NCBI RefSeq assembly: GCF_026210795.1
Contig: NC_089435.1
Location: 3,162,001-3,226,000, forward strand
DNA from: Rhizophagus irregularis
Lineage: Eukaryota
DNA length: 64,000 nucleotides
Reading direction: 5' to 3'
This document shows, piece by piece, positions 1 to 11,831 of the stretch. Both the position numbers and the translations under genes were made by a program. The notes under the pieces are model-generated. The model was not told the origin of the DNA. It saw only the letters and a program-made list of their open reading frames with translations, and did no database searches. Every line of letters starts with the position of its first letter. Position 1 is the first letter of the stretch.

Positions 1-300
1 TAGCAATACTCCATACACTTTATCATCTAAGTTTTGTTCATTTGCTGGTCCATATAATCCAAAGTCTTCTGAAATGAGAGATAAAGCAGTAGTATGAATT
101 TGTAGGATATTCCACTATGAAATCCCTACGGAAATATCCTGATAATATAACATATTCAAGAAATTATTTGAAGAATACTTCTCAAACCCTCAGTAAATTG
201 TTTAGTCATCATAAATTCTTTAGCTTCTTAGTTACCATAAAGCTTTAATCCTCCAAACTTAGATACTTCCCAATGTATTTTAAGTTATATCTACAATGAA
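1..300 (-). pseudogene. Degenerate protein kinase fragment (TKL-like family), runs off the window edge
   Basis: Manual minus-strand translation gives KLYG..EAKEFMM..QF, a frameshifted RDF(H)SG catalytic loop and ISEDFGLYGPANEQNLDDKVYGVL, with stops and frameshifts. Confidence 0.75.
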
Positions 301-879
301 TATTTTTAAATAAAAATAATTTTGATGGTTCTTAATATTAATAAAAATGTAATAAAAATGTAATAAATTAAGTTGTAAATACCAATAAAGTAAGGTAATT
401 TACTTCATTTAAATATATTTCGGCTTCCATTGAATTATTTTTAAGAGATATTTTACTGGGAAAAATTTATTTTAGACGAAAAAATATAGACGAAATTTTT
501 TTTTCGATCATTCAAGTGAGAGTCACTAAAAGGAATATTATCATTGATTTTTTTTTTTTGACCATATTTTTGATCTGTAATTCTGACATCATGACCATGA
601 CTTAAGCATTCGCGAGAAATACAATTAAAATTAAATACTAAATCATAAAAAAAATTGTTGTGAATTAATATTTGATTATTATGATATTAATATTTATATT
701 TAGTTAATACAATTATATGTATTAGCATTACACAACCGAAAATAGGTGGCAGTATATGAAATTATATAGACATAAAATAAATTGATTTTTATCAACCGCA
801 GTATCAAAAAGATCACATGTTCCATTCACCAAATAGTAGAGTTGAAAAATTGTCAACGGATTTAAAAAAAATTTTTTTG

Positions 880-1720
880 TCTTTTAAATTTTATTAGAAA
901 ATGTTCGTGGAGAATTTTTTCTTTTTTTTTTATTAGATTTTTTATAAAATAAAATTTTGGTGTTTTTTTTAATATAGGTAAAGCTCTTCTTTGATGGCAA
1001 TTTCTTTGAGTAATTTTCTTTAATAGAAAAGAATTTTTTTTTTGATAAAATATTTCGTTCGAGAATTTTTTTTATTGATGAGGGAAATTTCCTTTAATAG
1101 AGGAGTTTTTTTTTATGGATAATTTTGTTAAAGAATTTTTAATAAGGAGATTTTTTTTGACAGATAATTTCTTTGGAATTTTTTTTTTAACAGGAGAGAT
1201 TTATTTTTTATAGAGAATTTCATTGAGAATTTTTTAATAGGGAAGAATTTTTTTTCTTGATAGATAATTTTTTTAGAAAATTATTTTAGCAGGGATATTT
1301 TTTTTTTGATAAAGACTTTCATTAAGAATTTTTTTAACAGGAGAGATTTATTTTTGATAGAGAATTTCATTGAGAATTTTTTAATAGGGAAGAATTTTTT
1401 TTCTTGATAGATAATTTTTTTAGAAAATTATTTTAGCAGGGATATTTTTTTTTTGATAAAGACTTTCATTAAGAATTTTTTTAACAGGAGAGATTTATTT
1501 TTGATAGAGAATTTCATTAAAGAATTTTTCTTTAATAGGGAGATAAATAATATTGCTGAGAATCTTTTTATAGAAATTACATTGTGGAATTTTTTTTTTA
1601 ATAGAAAAGAAATTATTTTTTTTGATAGTTCGTTAGTAAATTTTTTAACAGAGGGGATTTTTTTTTTGATAGAATTTCGGTAAAGAATCCTTTCTTAATA
1701 ATAGGGAAGGTTTTTGATGT
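880..1720. repeat. T-rich degenerate satellite (~49-bp monomer) with a 147-bp higher-order repeat; left arm of an inverted pair
   Basis: AACAGGAGAGATTTATTTTT recurs at 1189, 1336 and 1483 (period 147); each period holds three related TTTTTTAAYAGG..TTTTGATAG monomers. Confidence 0.85.
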
Positions 1721-1747
1721 AGTTGATGAAAATCTACACAGTATATA

Positions 1748-1928
1748 TGTTGTGCCTCAGATTGATTCTTGCCTCAGATTAAAACTCACGCTGCGTGAGA
1801 TCAACACCAGATCACGTGCATTACATATATGGTAATTTTACTATGTAGATCATCACGTGTATATACATAATTCGTCACATCCTATTGGTAGTTTTAATCT
1901 GAGGCAAGAATCAATCTGAGGCACAACA
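1748..1928. mobile_element. MITE, 181 bp, perfect 39-bp TIRs (TGT...ACA), in a TA/TATA target
   Basis: TGTTGTGCCTCAGATTGATTCTTGCCTCAGATTAAAACT (1748-1786) is the exact reverse complement of 1890-1928; TATA flanks both ends. Confidence 0.92.
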
Positions 1929-3059
1929 TATATATATATATTTTTAATTAGTAACGATTTCTTTATTAATTAAAAATTTATATATAATATAGATTATATA
2001 ATTAAATAAAAGAAATACATAGAGATAGATAGTGATACTAAGTACATATATACCCTATAACTGACTTTAATTATCTGTAAACTAACTTTAGGCATTTTGT
2101 GCCATGAATATTTCTACTATTATTTTTTTGTAATTATTGTAATTTTCATTCTTTTTTTTGTTCTTTTACCATTTATCATCATCTATATATACAGTATAGT
2201 TAGATAATATAGTTATTAAGTATGATATGTATGATATAACCTCCGGTGCTAGTATAAAGTGTGGTACTAACTATACATTTATAATAACTATATTTTCTAT
2301 ATTTTGTAACTTTTTTAATAGTGGATATAAAAACTTGATCCAACCATTTTAGATCGATAAATTTTATCGATCATTTTTTTAAAAAAAATAATTTTTATTT
2401 TTGAATTTTTTTTGTTTTTTTAAGCCGATGACAAAGAAAAATAATTTTTTTTTGTTTATTTTTATTTTTTTTATTAAAAACTTCTTTTTTTAAAGAAAAG
2501 TTTAAGCACTACCGGACTAGAACACCACTTTGAAGCCAAAATCTCACAATTAGGTGAGAGTTGAGCATGTAGAGCAGGATTTAAGGAACATTTGACTTTG
2601 TAGGTACCTACTTGAACGTCTGAACGAAGATTTTGGCCTTTGATTCCGAATGAAAGATAAGCATTTGGAATTGGGAGTTAGGAGACGTTAGTAGGACCTT
2701 TACTAATATTTCTTTCGTTTTCTTTTAACCGTAGTAACCTCCTATTTGAACACCTTGAAAGGTACAGGTTAAGAACAATATTGCTTGAAGAACTTGGGTA
2801 CGTTGCAATAGAAGATTTGATTTGGATTTTACTTAAAGAAACATTTTAATGTTTCATTTTTTTTCTTTTATTAGAGAACAGGACGCGTCCAATATGTCAT
2901 TCAGGATTATTAGGTGATAAATTATGAAAATTTTAACACTCATATTTCTATTTTTCTATTTTATAGATAATAAATCACTTAAGCTGAATTGGTTATTTTA
3001 TTATAAATGATTTTTTTTATATATTATACAACCTCAGAGGTTATACATACTCAATCGAA

Positions 3060-3790
3060 AAAAAAAATAATTTTATAAATTTATTATAATTGTAAAATTT
3101 AATAAAAAATTTCCCAATTTTTTTTTAAAAAAAATTTCATGCCAAAATTCTCAATACTCCTATTAAAAAAAATTATTTACAATAAATTTTTATTAAAAAA
3201 GACTTCTAAAAGAAATTCTTTATCAAAAAAAAAGACTCACCTATAAAAAAACTTTTTAACCAAACAAATGAAAATTTTCTAACGAAAATCTTTCCTATTC
3301 AAAAAATTTTTAACCTATTAAAAAAAATTCTCAAAAGAATTTTTATATCAATCCTATTATACTAGCTTGTTTTCAAAAAGGTGTGATTGGGTGATTTTCG
3401 TGATACAGTGATCTGAACACACCTTTCGTAAATTTACAAAAAAAAAAAAATCTCCCTTGTTAAAAAATTTACTAACGAAATGATCTATCAAAAAAAAAAA
3501 ATCTTTTCCATTAAAAAAAAATTCTACAATCATGAAATTTCTATCAAAAAAAAAAAAAGATTCTCAGCAAAATTAATTACGAAATTCTCTATTAAAAACA
3601 AATCCTCCCATTAAAAAAAATTCTCTACCACCAAAAAATATTTTTGCCTATTAAAAAAAAAATACTCAAAAAGAAATTCTTTACTAAGAGAAGCTCCTTC
3701 CTATTAAAAAAAAATTCTTTAAAAATTCTTTATCAAAAAAAAAAATTCTCCTTGTTAAAAAAAATTTTCTATCAAATAATCGGTAAGGCG
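3060..3790. repeat. A-rich degenerate satellite, inverted copy of the 880-1720 family
   Basis: 3439-3572 aligns to the reverse complement of ~1545-1670 (shared TGTTAAAAAATTTACTAACGAA and AAAGATTCTCAGCAA). Confidence 0.8.
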
Positions 3791-5410
3791 CTATATATGG
3801 AATCCAAAAGATTTGATTTCCATAAATGGAAATCATTGTAACATGAAAAACAACGAGACAAGTTGTTTCATAACAAGTCACTTGTGTAATTATACGGTAC
3901 GCCATCGCCATACATTTGTGCTGTTCATTCCAAAACGTGACATGTTCGAGTCAGAATCTGCGCATAATTGGCTAATAACGATCATTAGTTTTGAAAAGTT
4001 TATATCGTGACTTTATAAAACTAAAAATTTTTCCAATGATAAATTTTAAAAAAGGTTTTAACTTTATTTTATTATTTGTTTGCAATTATATAGATAGATT
4101 TTAGATAGAATACAGGTCGTAGATTTAGTTAGTGTCTTATATACGGGATGGATGGTAGGTTCAGTACGTAATTTTATTGCTAGTTTTTGGATGTATGGTA
4201 TCAGTGGATGGATTTTGACGTGATCCGATTTTACTTTCCTGGATTAAATGAAATCACAGCTTAGTAACATACAGTAAATTGGATCTATCTATAACCCGAA
4301 AAAACTCTAACAGGTTTCTTTTCTATAGGTTTTTTACAGGGATTTGGTTTTTACGCAGATTCAATAGAAATAGTTATAGATTTTTAGATAATAAATTTTA
4401 GTTATAAAGATAATATTCTCTAGAAGAATATTATTTTTAGATCTGTAAATTGTTTACATATTAATAAAGAAATTTTTTTAAAAAAAAAACTTTATAAAAC
4501 ACGTAATGATTAACAGGAAGAATTAATTTTCAATCCAGCAACATTCCGTGAATTTTATTTCTTCTTCAAACTAGATTCTATATTATATGCCCGTTTATCT
4601 CAATATTGATTATTGTTCAATTTAGATAAACGTTAATTTACTTTGCTCGATTCATAATTAACTCATTTTTTTCAAGGTAACTGACATTGTATAATCTTAT
4701 AGTTTCGTATTTCTAAATAGATTTAGTTATCAATTAGATTAATCAGTAATTTTAATATTATCATCATGATTTCTTTCATTCTATAGGTAACTGATCTGTC
4801 AATTTAGACTAGAATATTAATTAGGGGTTTTCGATCTCTATTTAGCTAAATTTTTTTCATATCTGTATACAATAGAACAATCCTTTATTATTATCTCCTA
4901 AAGTGTTTTATTGTATGTGACAAATTTCCCCAGATTTTTGCAAATAAAATAGGCAATTAATTAATGAATTTTTATATTATCATGAATTAATTAATGAATT
5001 TTACATTACCATGAGAACTAACTGAAAGGTTAATAAAAATGAATTCGTGACAACTACTTCGATAAAAAAAAATATGTACATACAGTATATTCAAAAAAAA
5101 AGATCATTAATATATGATCAACAAAAAAAAAATTATTTTTCTAACCTTTTCAACTTTTCACACGATTTCAGAATATGCCAGATGTAATTTATACTCCTAA
5201 TTATGTACCAGGATAATTTGATGATATACCTGAAGATGAACAAGATGAACAACAAATAAGTAATGATTAAAAAAGGTTACAAATTTCGGCTTTGAGTGGA
5301 TTATAATTTCGGCCAGAATTAAAATAATATTATTCCATAAATTTTTATTAATTTTGGTGGTCCCAGCCTAAATTAACCGAGCCGGTATCCGGATAAAAAC
5401 CGGATAAAAC

Positions 5411-5870
5411 TTTTTTTTTTTTATTTCAGTAGAGACAAGTATTACAAATGTATTTAATAGAAGCGCTAACTACAAAGTAGAAAAGACTAACTATTTTAAG
5501 TATCAACATCCCGCAAGCAGGCCCAATTAAGAACTACTTCAACAGTAAAACTACGCTACTGCTAAAGCTAGAAAAATGAAACGAAATAAAAAAAATAAAA
5601 AAATAACGCACTGGGTAATAGGAATATGACTAAATAGGAATAAAAAAAACGGGGGGAAGGAAAAAAAGCTAAAGCTAAAAAAAAACCTAAGAACTATCGC
5701 ACTACAACTACCTACAAATTCAACTATTCACTCCTTTTTAATTCACCCAATAACTTCAACGTGGGAACCTATAAATGAATTAAAGAAAAAAGCTGCATGA
5801 AATTAGTATATTAGTCGTACAAGTATCAGAGGCACTTCCTTTTTCTATTCTTAGGATTTTGCTTGAAATC
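5411..5870 (-). mobile_element. 5'-truncated retroposed insertion, probably a LINE 3' end (last codons + 3' UTR + poly(A)), with 15-bp TSD
   Basis: AAAACCGGATAAAAC at 5396-5410 and 5871-5885; a poly-T run starts at 5411; the minus strand opens with ~40 codons (DFKQNPKNRKG...FIGSHVEVIG*). Confidence 0.85.
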
Positions 5871-6188
5871 AAAACCGGATAAAACCGCTACGGATCGAAA
5901 CTCTAATTTAAATATCAATTTATATCACGTGATACGTTAAACTTGCAATTTTATTGGCTAGATTTATATAGTTTAGATTATAATTCTTAATTCTGGCCCG
6001 ACTTAAATATAATTTTAGCCAGATTTATATAGCTAAAAGTAATTTTGGTCAGAGTAAAGTGGCCAAAATATTTAATAGTAAAATATTCTAACTTTGAATT
6101 GCTACAAAAAAACATTTTATAGAAAATTAAAACTATAGCTTTGTTAAGCTTGTTCTGTTTTATTATTATAGTTATACTTTACATTATC

Positions 6189-7920
6189 TTTTTTTTTTTT
6201 TGAATGAATAGTAGTAATTTTATTCTCCTCTATACTAGAAACTCTTTTTCATTTATCTATTTTACCCATACCTTGAGACTTCTCAAATCTAACTACCTCT
6301 TCACATCTCAATTTCCAAATTCTTTCATAAATATATGACAAATATAAATCACATTTCGAATCAGATTTCTTGTATTGTTTGTTTTTCCAAATCTTCACGT
6401 TAATAAGTCCACGCGTGATCTCGTATAATAAATTCTCTAAAGGAAGTAAACGTGACTTTAGTGTAACAATGTTATAACACTTTTCCCTTTCTTTCTTATC
6501 TTCTATTATTTCGCTGACTACTTCCTTCCATAAATCATATAAACAAAATTTATTTCGATTACAGTTCCAAACATGATCCCATGATTCTACTCCTTAGTTA
6601 CACCTGATACATCTATTTGAAGAAATTCCAAACACTTTACGCTGATATAGTACTTCTGATTGTAGTGATTGAAGAAAGTTCTTTATTCTAAATGCTCTAA
6701 TATGTGTATCCATACACTGACTTCGTTACGAATTATCATAAAAAAAATTGGACAATTAATATCGTAACTTATATTGGTCACGAATAAATTTTCTAACTGC
6801 TTTAGCAGCATAAGTTCCGCCTTATTATTAAGATAACTAAGGTCTTTGTCCACTTTCTGTAGCAACCCTCTATAACAAAATTCTTCCAACGTAAATTAAA
6901 TTCATCAACTAGTAAATTATTCCATAATATACTAATATCTGACATTGTCGACGCGTTATCTATTAAATCTTTCTTCATTGCTTCAATCTTAACGTTGAAC
7001 GCTGACGTCTCCTCCAATACGTCGCAAATAAATTCAACTCGCAGATTCTTTTCCGCAATTATTTGATATAAAAACTTGAGCAACGTATAATTGTTGAAAT
7101 CTATTTTTTCCCTATTACTCATCTCGTTTCTAAAATTTTCTAACTCGACAACATACTTGTTAATTTCGATAATAACCCCAAAGCTATAATTAATGTAATC
7201 AAAATGCTTTTAATCTCATTTATCTTCCTCCATACTAAATTTAAAACTATTGCTTCTATTTTTTTATATATTGAACTCTACACTTCCTAGCGTTTGTTTT
7301 TTTTAACTTTATCGTTATTATATTTAACCATTGACGCTGCCGTAATTGTTATTTTCTTAATATCTTTCCAATTACCAATCAAAATGTTTAAATTTCTCCA
7401 AATAAAATTTTCTTTATTTGTGCAAATATAGTCTAACCATATCAAAAAGTTCACCTCTTCTAACTCTTCCATTCCCATTCTTTTTAATTCATTCATTTCC
7501 TTATCTTTATTGATAATCAAAATATTATTTTTATCTATATTATTTTTCTTACTTTAATTTCTCTATTTAATCCGTCCCCAATATTACAGTGTATTAAACA
7601 GTTATCTTCCTCTTTGTTTCTGGCAATATTCTTACTGCATTCCGAACATTTCTTTAACAATGGAGCGCCATTATCATTGCCAACCATCGAACCTTCCATC
7701 TTATAATAAAAACCTATACTATTAAATGTTTTACTCTTGGATTTCCGCTTATATTTACAAAATATAGCTCCATCGTTATCGTTCCACGTAATCATTTTAT
7801 TATTTTTCTTAGAAACTGTATCGCTGTCCTTTAAGCAATCTATCGATTTTGTGCTCTGCCTTGTTAATTTTATACCTATCTTTAATCTCTCTCGTATTCT
7901 CGTCTGTACATACTATTTGA
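6189..7920 (-). mobile_element. Degenerate LINE ORF2 C-terminal region (post-RT / RNase H end / zf-RVT-like)
   Basis: Minus strand reads LYQRKVFGISSNRCIRCN*GVESWDHVWNC (CxxC..ES.DH..C knuckle) and IYERIWKLRCEEVVRFEK; fragmented ORFs 6683-7795 share the strand; T-run at 6189-6201. Confidence 0.7.
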
Positions 7921-8199
7921 CTTAAACGTTTATACCTTATGAAGTTTAATATGATGGATCATTCTAGTCCAAATTATAATATTGTTATTGTACGGGGCTT
8001 AATAATGATCTGATGTAGTGCGAAGCTTTGACGTGACTTTCAGATGGATTGCTACCAATCCACGTGATGGCGTGGCTACGTACGAAATAACTGCTGTAAT
8101 TGCGAAAGATGCAGTTAAAACTTTTATATAATAATAAGGAATTTTTTGGGAATTCTAAAATACCCAACGGAAAGCTGCAATTATAATGTTGCAATCACT

Positions 8200-9680
8200 A
8201 GTGCAGATTCAACCTTTATTTTTAAGTGATTGCAACGTCCTAGCTATTGATCGAAGCTCTTCATTAGGGTGCTCTTCAAAAATAGTAGATAAAAGATTGA
8301 GCGCGACTGTGGTATTGAAATGTTGACCGTGTTTTGTCTACTTGCTCCCAAAAAAATTTCGAAGTTGACTACAGAAAACCTCAGCATTGCAAAAAGTGGC
8401 AGACACGTTGTGAGTCTTCTTCGATATGATGTGACTGCAAATCTGAAAGCTTCTTGCAATAATCATTTAATTCCGAGTTCCTGACAAATACATTATTATA
8501 CTCTTGGATAGTGCATTTCCTTTTTCGTTTGTGGAGATTTACAGACTTTGGCTCATCAAAATCTTCATCCTCAGCTTCATTTATAATATCGCCCTATGAA
8601 AAAAAATTTCTTTAAAATATACTTAAAATGTACTTATATATTTTAAAATATATCTAAAATGTACTTAAAATTTTTAAATGTACTTATAATATACTTAAAA
8701 TTGCAATTTTAAGTATATTTAAAGTATAAAATTTTATACTTAAATTACATTTAAAATATACTTAATTGCAATTTAAATATAATTTAAGTATAATTTAAGT
8801 GCAATTTTAAGTATATTTTAAGTATATTTTAAAATGTTAAGTATATTTTAGGTATATTTTAAAAATATATAAGTATATTTTAAGTATATTTTAAAAAAAT
8901 ACATAAGTATATTTTAAGTACATTTTAAAGAATTTTTTTTTTATAGGGTCGTCACACGATTGTGATGAAGTATCGTCACATGCATGACTGTGATTGTTTA
9001 CACGATTGTGATGACGGAAGTACTCGCCTCACACGTTTTCAGCTTTAAATAGATAAAACGAAGTCAATATAATTGAGTTAGATGAAACGCACATACCAAC
9101 AGCCAAAGTCTGGGGAGACTGGGCATGGCTCCGTAAGGCACCATGCCACCAATGGCACAGCGACCAATTGGGATGATAACTGCTTCGTGATTACCACAAA
9201 GATTTGGCTCGCCAGCGACGAATGGCACACGCGACAACCCCAGTTGTGGATGCACCCCATCTCAGTCCAAGTGCTCAACTTGCCGGCAAAGCCCAACACT
9301 TGGGTTTATGTCATAATCACTAACAGAGTGTTTTCGACTCCTCAGACAAAACTAGTAGAACTATAGAAGGACGTTTACAGTAGGCCGCTTTCCGTACGCC
9401 AGGTCTGGTTACCTGACTGGAAGCTTTCGCAAACTGTAGCCACGAGGTGCTTCCAGTTCTACAAATTCTACTAGTCTGCACAAAGAGAACTAACCTGTTT
9501 CAATTTATTCCTAAAGAATTTCAACTTCAGACTTTTATTGTCATTCTTGTCATAAACACAAGTGATTCGATTTATATCGTTTTTCAAGGCTTTGTGACAT
9601 TCATTATCAGTCGCATCTAGATGATTTTTGTAATAACAATTTTCCCAGATAATATAAACTTACCAGGACATGAGAGTTCA
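8200..9680 (-). pseudogene. Decayed coding sequence of unknown family, interrupted by the 8592-8948 element
   Basis: Removing the insertion and one TSD restores CDDTSSQSCDDIINEAEDEDFDEPKSVNLHKRKRK; stops downstream; GC above background; homologous to ~60100-60330. Confidence 0.55.
8592..8948. mobile_element. Non-autonomous TIR element (CMC/CACTA-like ends CCC...GGG), 357 bp, 3-bp TSD TCG
   Basis: Starts CCCTATGAAAAAAAATTTCTTTAAAAT and ends ATTTTAAAGAATTTTTTTTTTATAGGG; TCG at 8589-8591 and 8949-8951; the body is mirrored AAAATRTACTTA repeats. Confidence 0.85.
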
Positions 9681-11831
9681 TTAATTATTTTTTTCGTCAA
9701 AAAAAAAAGAAGTGACGAAAAGAATAAACAAAAGTAAAAAAAAATTTTGAGGTATATATAGTTTAATCGCGTATTGATTATGCACAAACTGATTTGATTT
9801 CACGATTATGATGATTTTACTATGTAAACAATGTAAACAGAGCTTAAGAGCTTAGGAGCTTAGCGCGTAAAATTTACAAAATTTACACTTGTTCTTTTAA
9901 GTGAGACGCGACGCGCCCATTTATTTATACATAACAGTATTTGAATACTGTGAGTAATTATAACATCCTGAACAATAGACATATCACGGTCCTAGCCTAC
10001 CTAATAAAAAAGGATGGTCATGTGAACAAAAGGTTAATAATAATGTTGTTTCCGAGTTCTAAACTTTCCTATTAAACAAAAAAAAAAGATGCCGGGGTGG
10101 TCCATACGAACAACAAAAGGCTTTTTATGGATAATAATGTTTAATGAAAAAGTTTTTGGATACTAACTCCTAACCCGAAAAGATTCAAATTTTATGAGAC
10201 GATCACTTTCAGCACTCTTGAAGAAATTAAACTTTAAAGCCTACTGTCTAACAATGTTACTGTTTACTGGAATTTTTAAAGAGGTGGGTAAAGAGTATTT
10301 TATTACCCACTGGCCATAATCCTTGACTGCACACCGCGTAAGCAACGTGCGAAGGTTTATGAGGGCTGACCGAACGACTTTAAAGGGTTGCAAATAGATG
10401 ACTGGGCCCATCATACGAGAACTCACCTCAAGGTTATATCATTGAAAGTGGAGCCTTGGTTAAGGTACCTGAATATAAATCATCAGGTTCAAATTCACCG
10501 TCTTGAAGATATAGTAGTTGGTCTGTAAAGCGCTCTGGAGTCACTCTTGCAAAGGATCTGATGGTCGTCATAATAGAGAACATAGATGGTGGTAAAGGAT
10601 ACCATGATATATATAGTCACTCCTGAAGTGTATGCTTATCCCTAAGGTAGTTGGTTTATGGTGTACAACCACCTGTCAAAATGGTTACTGTTTACAATAC
10701 CATTTTGGTATTCAATATTATGGCCTGAAGTGAATGATCTAGAACTAACATAAGGTTTCAATGTTAATTTATAGGGACCTGTAGAATGACATGAGCGGAA
10801 AGTTCAGTTTACATTTTTCGTTATTTTATGTTGACACGCACATAATTGGTTGACTGACCACCCAACTATTGCGTGTTCCAATCAAAATAATAATAATATA
10901 ATTTCTCTTAGGGAATATTTCAATTGTGTAAGATTTTTTTTTTTTTTGATGGAAGAGATCGTATTGAAAAATCAAATATATAAGAATAACAATAGTTACG
11001 ACTACAAAAATTATAACCAGAATAAAATATCTATTTATTTTAGAATAACTTCTTTTTTTAGGAATGAATCTCTTTAGAAAAATAAAAAGATTAATTTATA
11101 GGAGGAATTAGGGATAATTAGGGGGTGATAATTAGGGTAAGGGATTAGGGTAAGAGGATTAGTGCAAGGGTAAGAGGTTTTTAAATATCATCGTTGAAGA
11201 TAACTCGCTTTGATAAATCTCATAAATCTCAGGCAGTTGATTCGTTACAGGCTTTAGTCTCAACAATTTAATATCAATCAATGTAGTTCTTGAGTTCAAA
11301 TTTTGTTAATACCGTAAATATGAATTCAAAGCAATTAACTTACGTAAACTCATATATTGCGTAATGAAATGTTGTAAATAAAATCACTGTGACTTAAAAT
11401 GTTAAAAAATGCAGCTTGAGTGATTAATAAAAAAAATAAATGTATTTCCTACTGAAGCTACTTCAACAAAGGTTTTCCTGCTTTGTGCGTATTTGGTCTT
11501 TTAAATAACGTCCTCTATGTTCTATAAATATCAGGACATTTTATTAATTGGAAGAAATTTTTTGGTGTCGAGTTTCACAAATTAATAATAAGGGGAGTAC
11601 ACGATTTCAGTGTTCATGGCGCAGTAGAGTATACTGCGCCACGAGTTCGAAATTTAAAGTTTACACCGGTTACACATACATAAACCACATGCTCGCTTTT
11701 TTTTCTTTTTTTTATTTTTAAAAAACAGATAAATAACGTATATTTATACTTATATAGTTTGTAACACTAAAATCTACATTTCTAACACATTGAACACAAA
11801 AAAATATTCATACTTTGATGATAAAAAAACC

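Noticed and set aside
1453..3841. Short ORFs 1453-1683 and 3644-3841
   Set aside because: They lie within the satellite arms, start at non-ATG codons and have no protein-like content.
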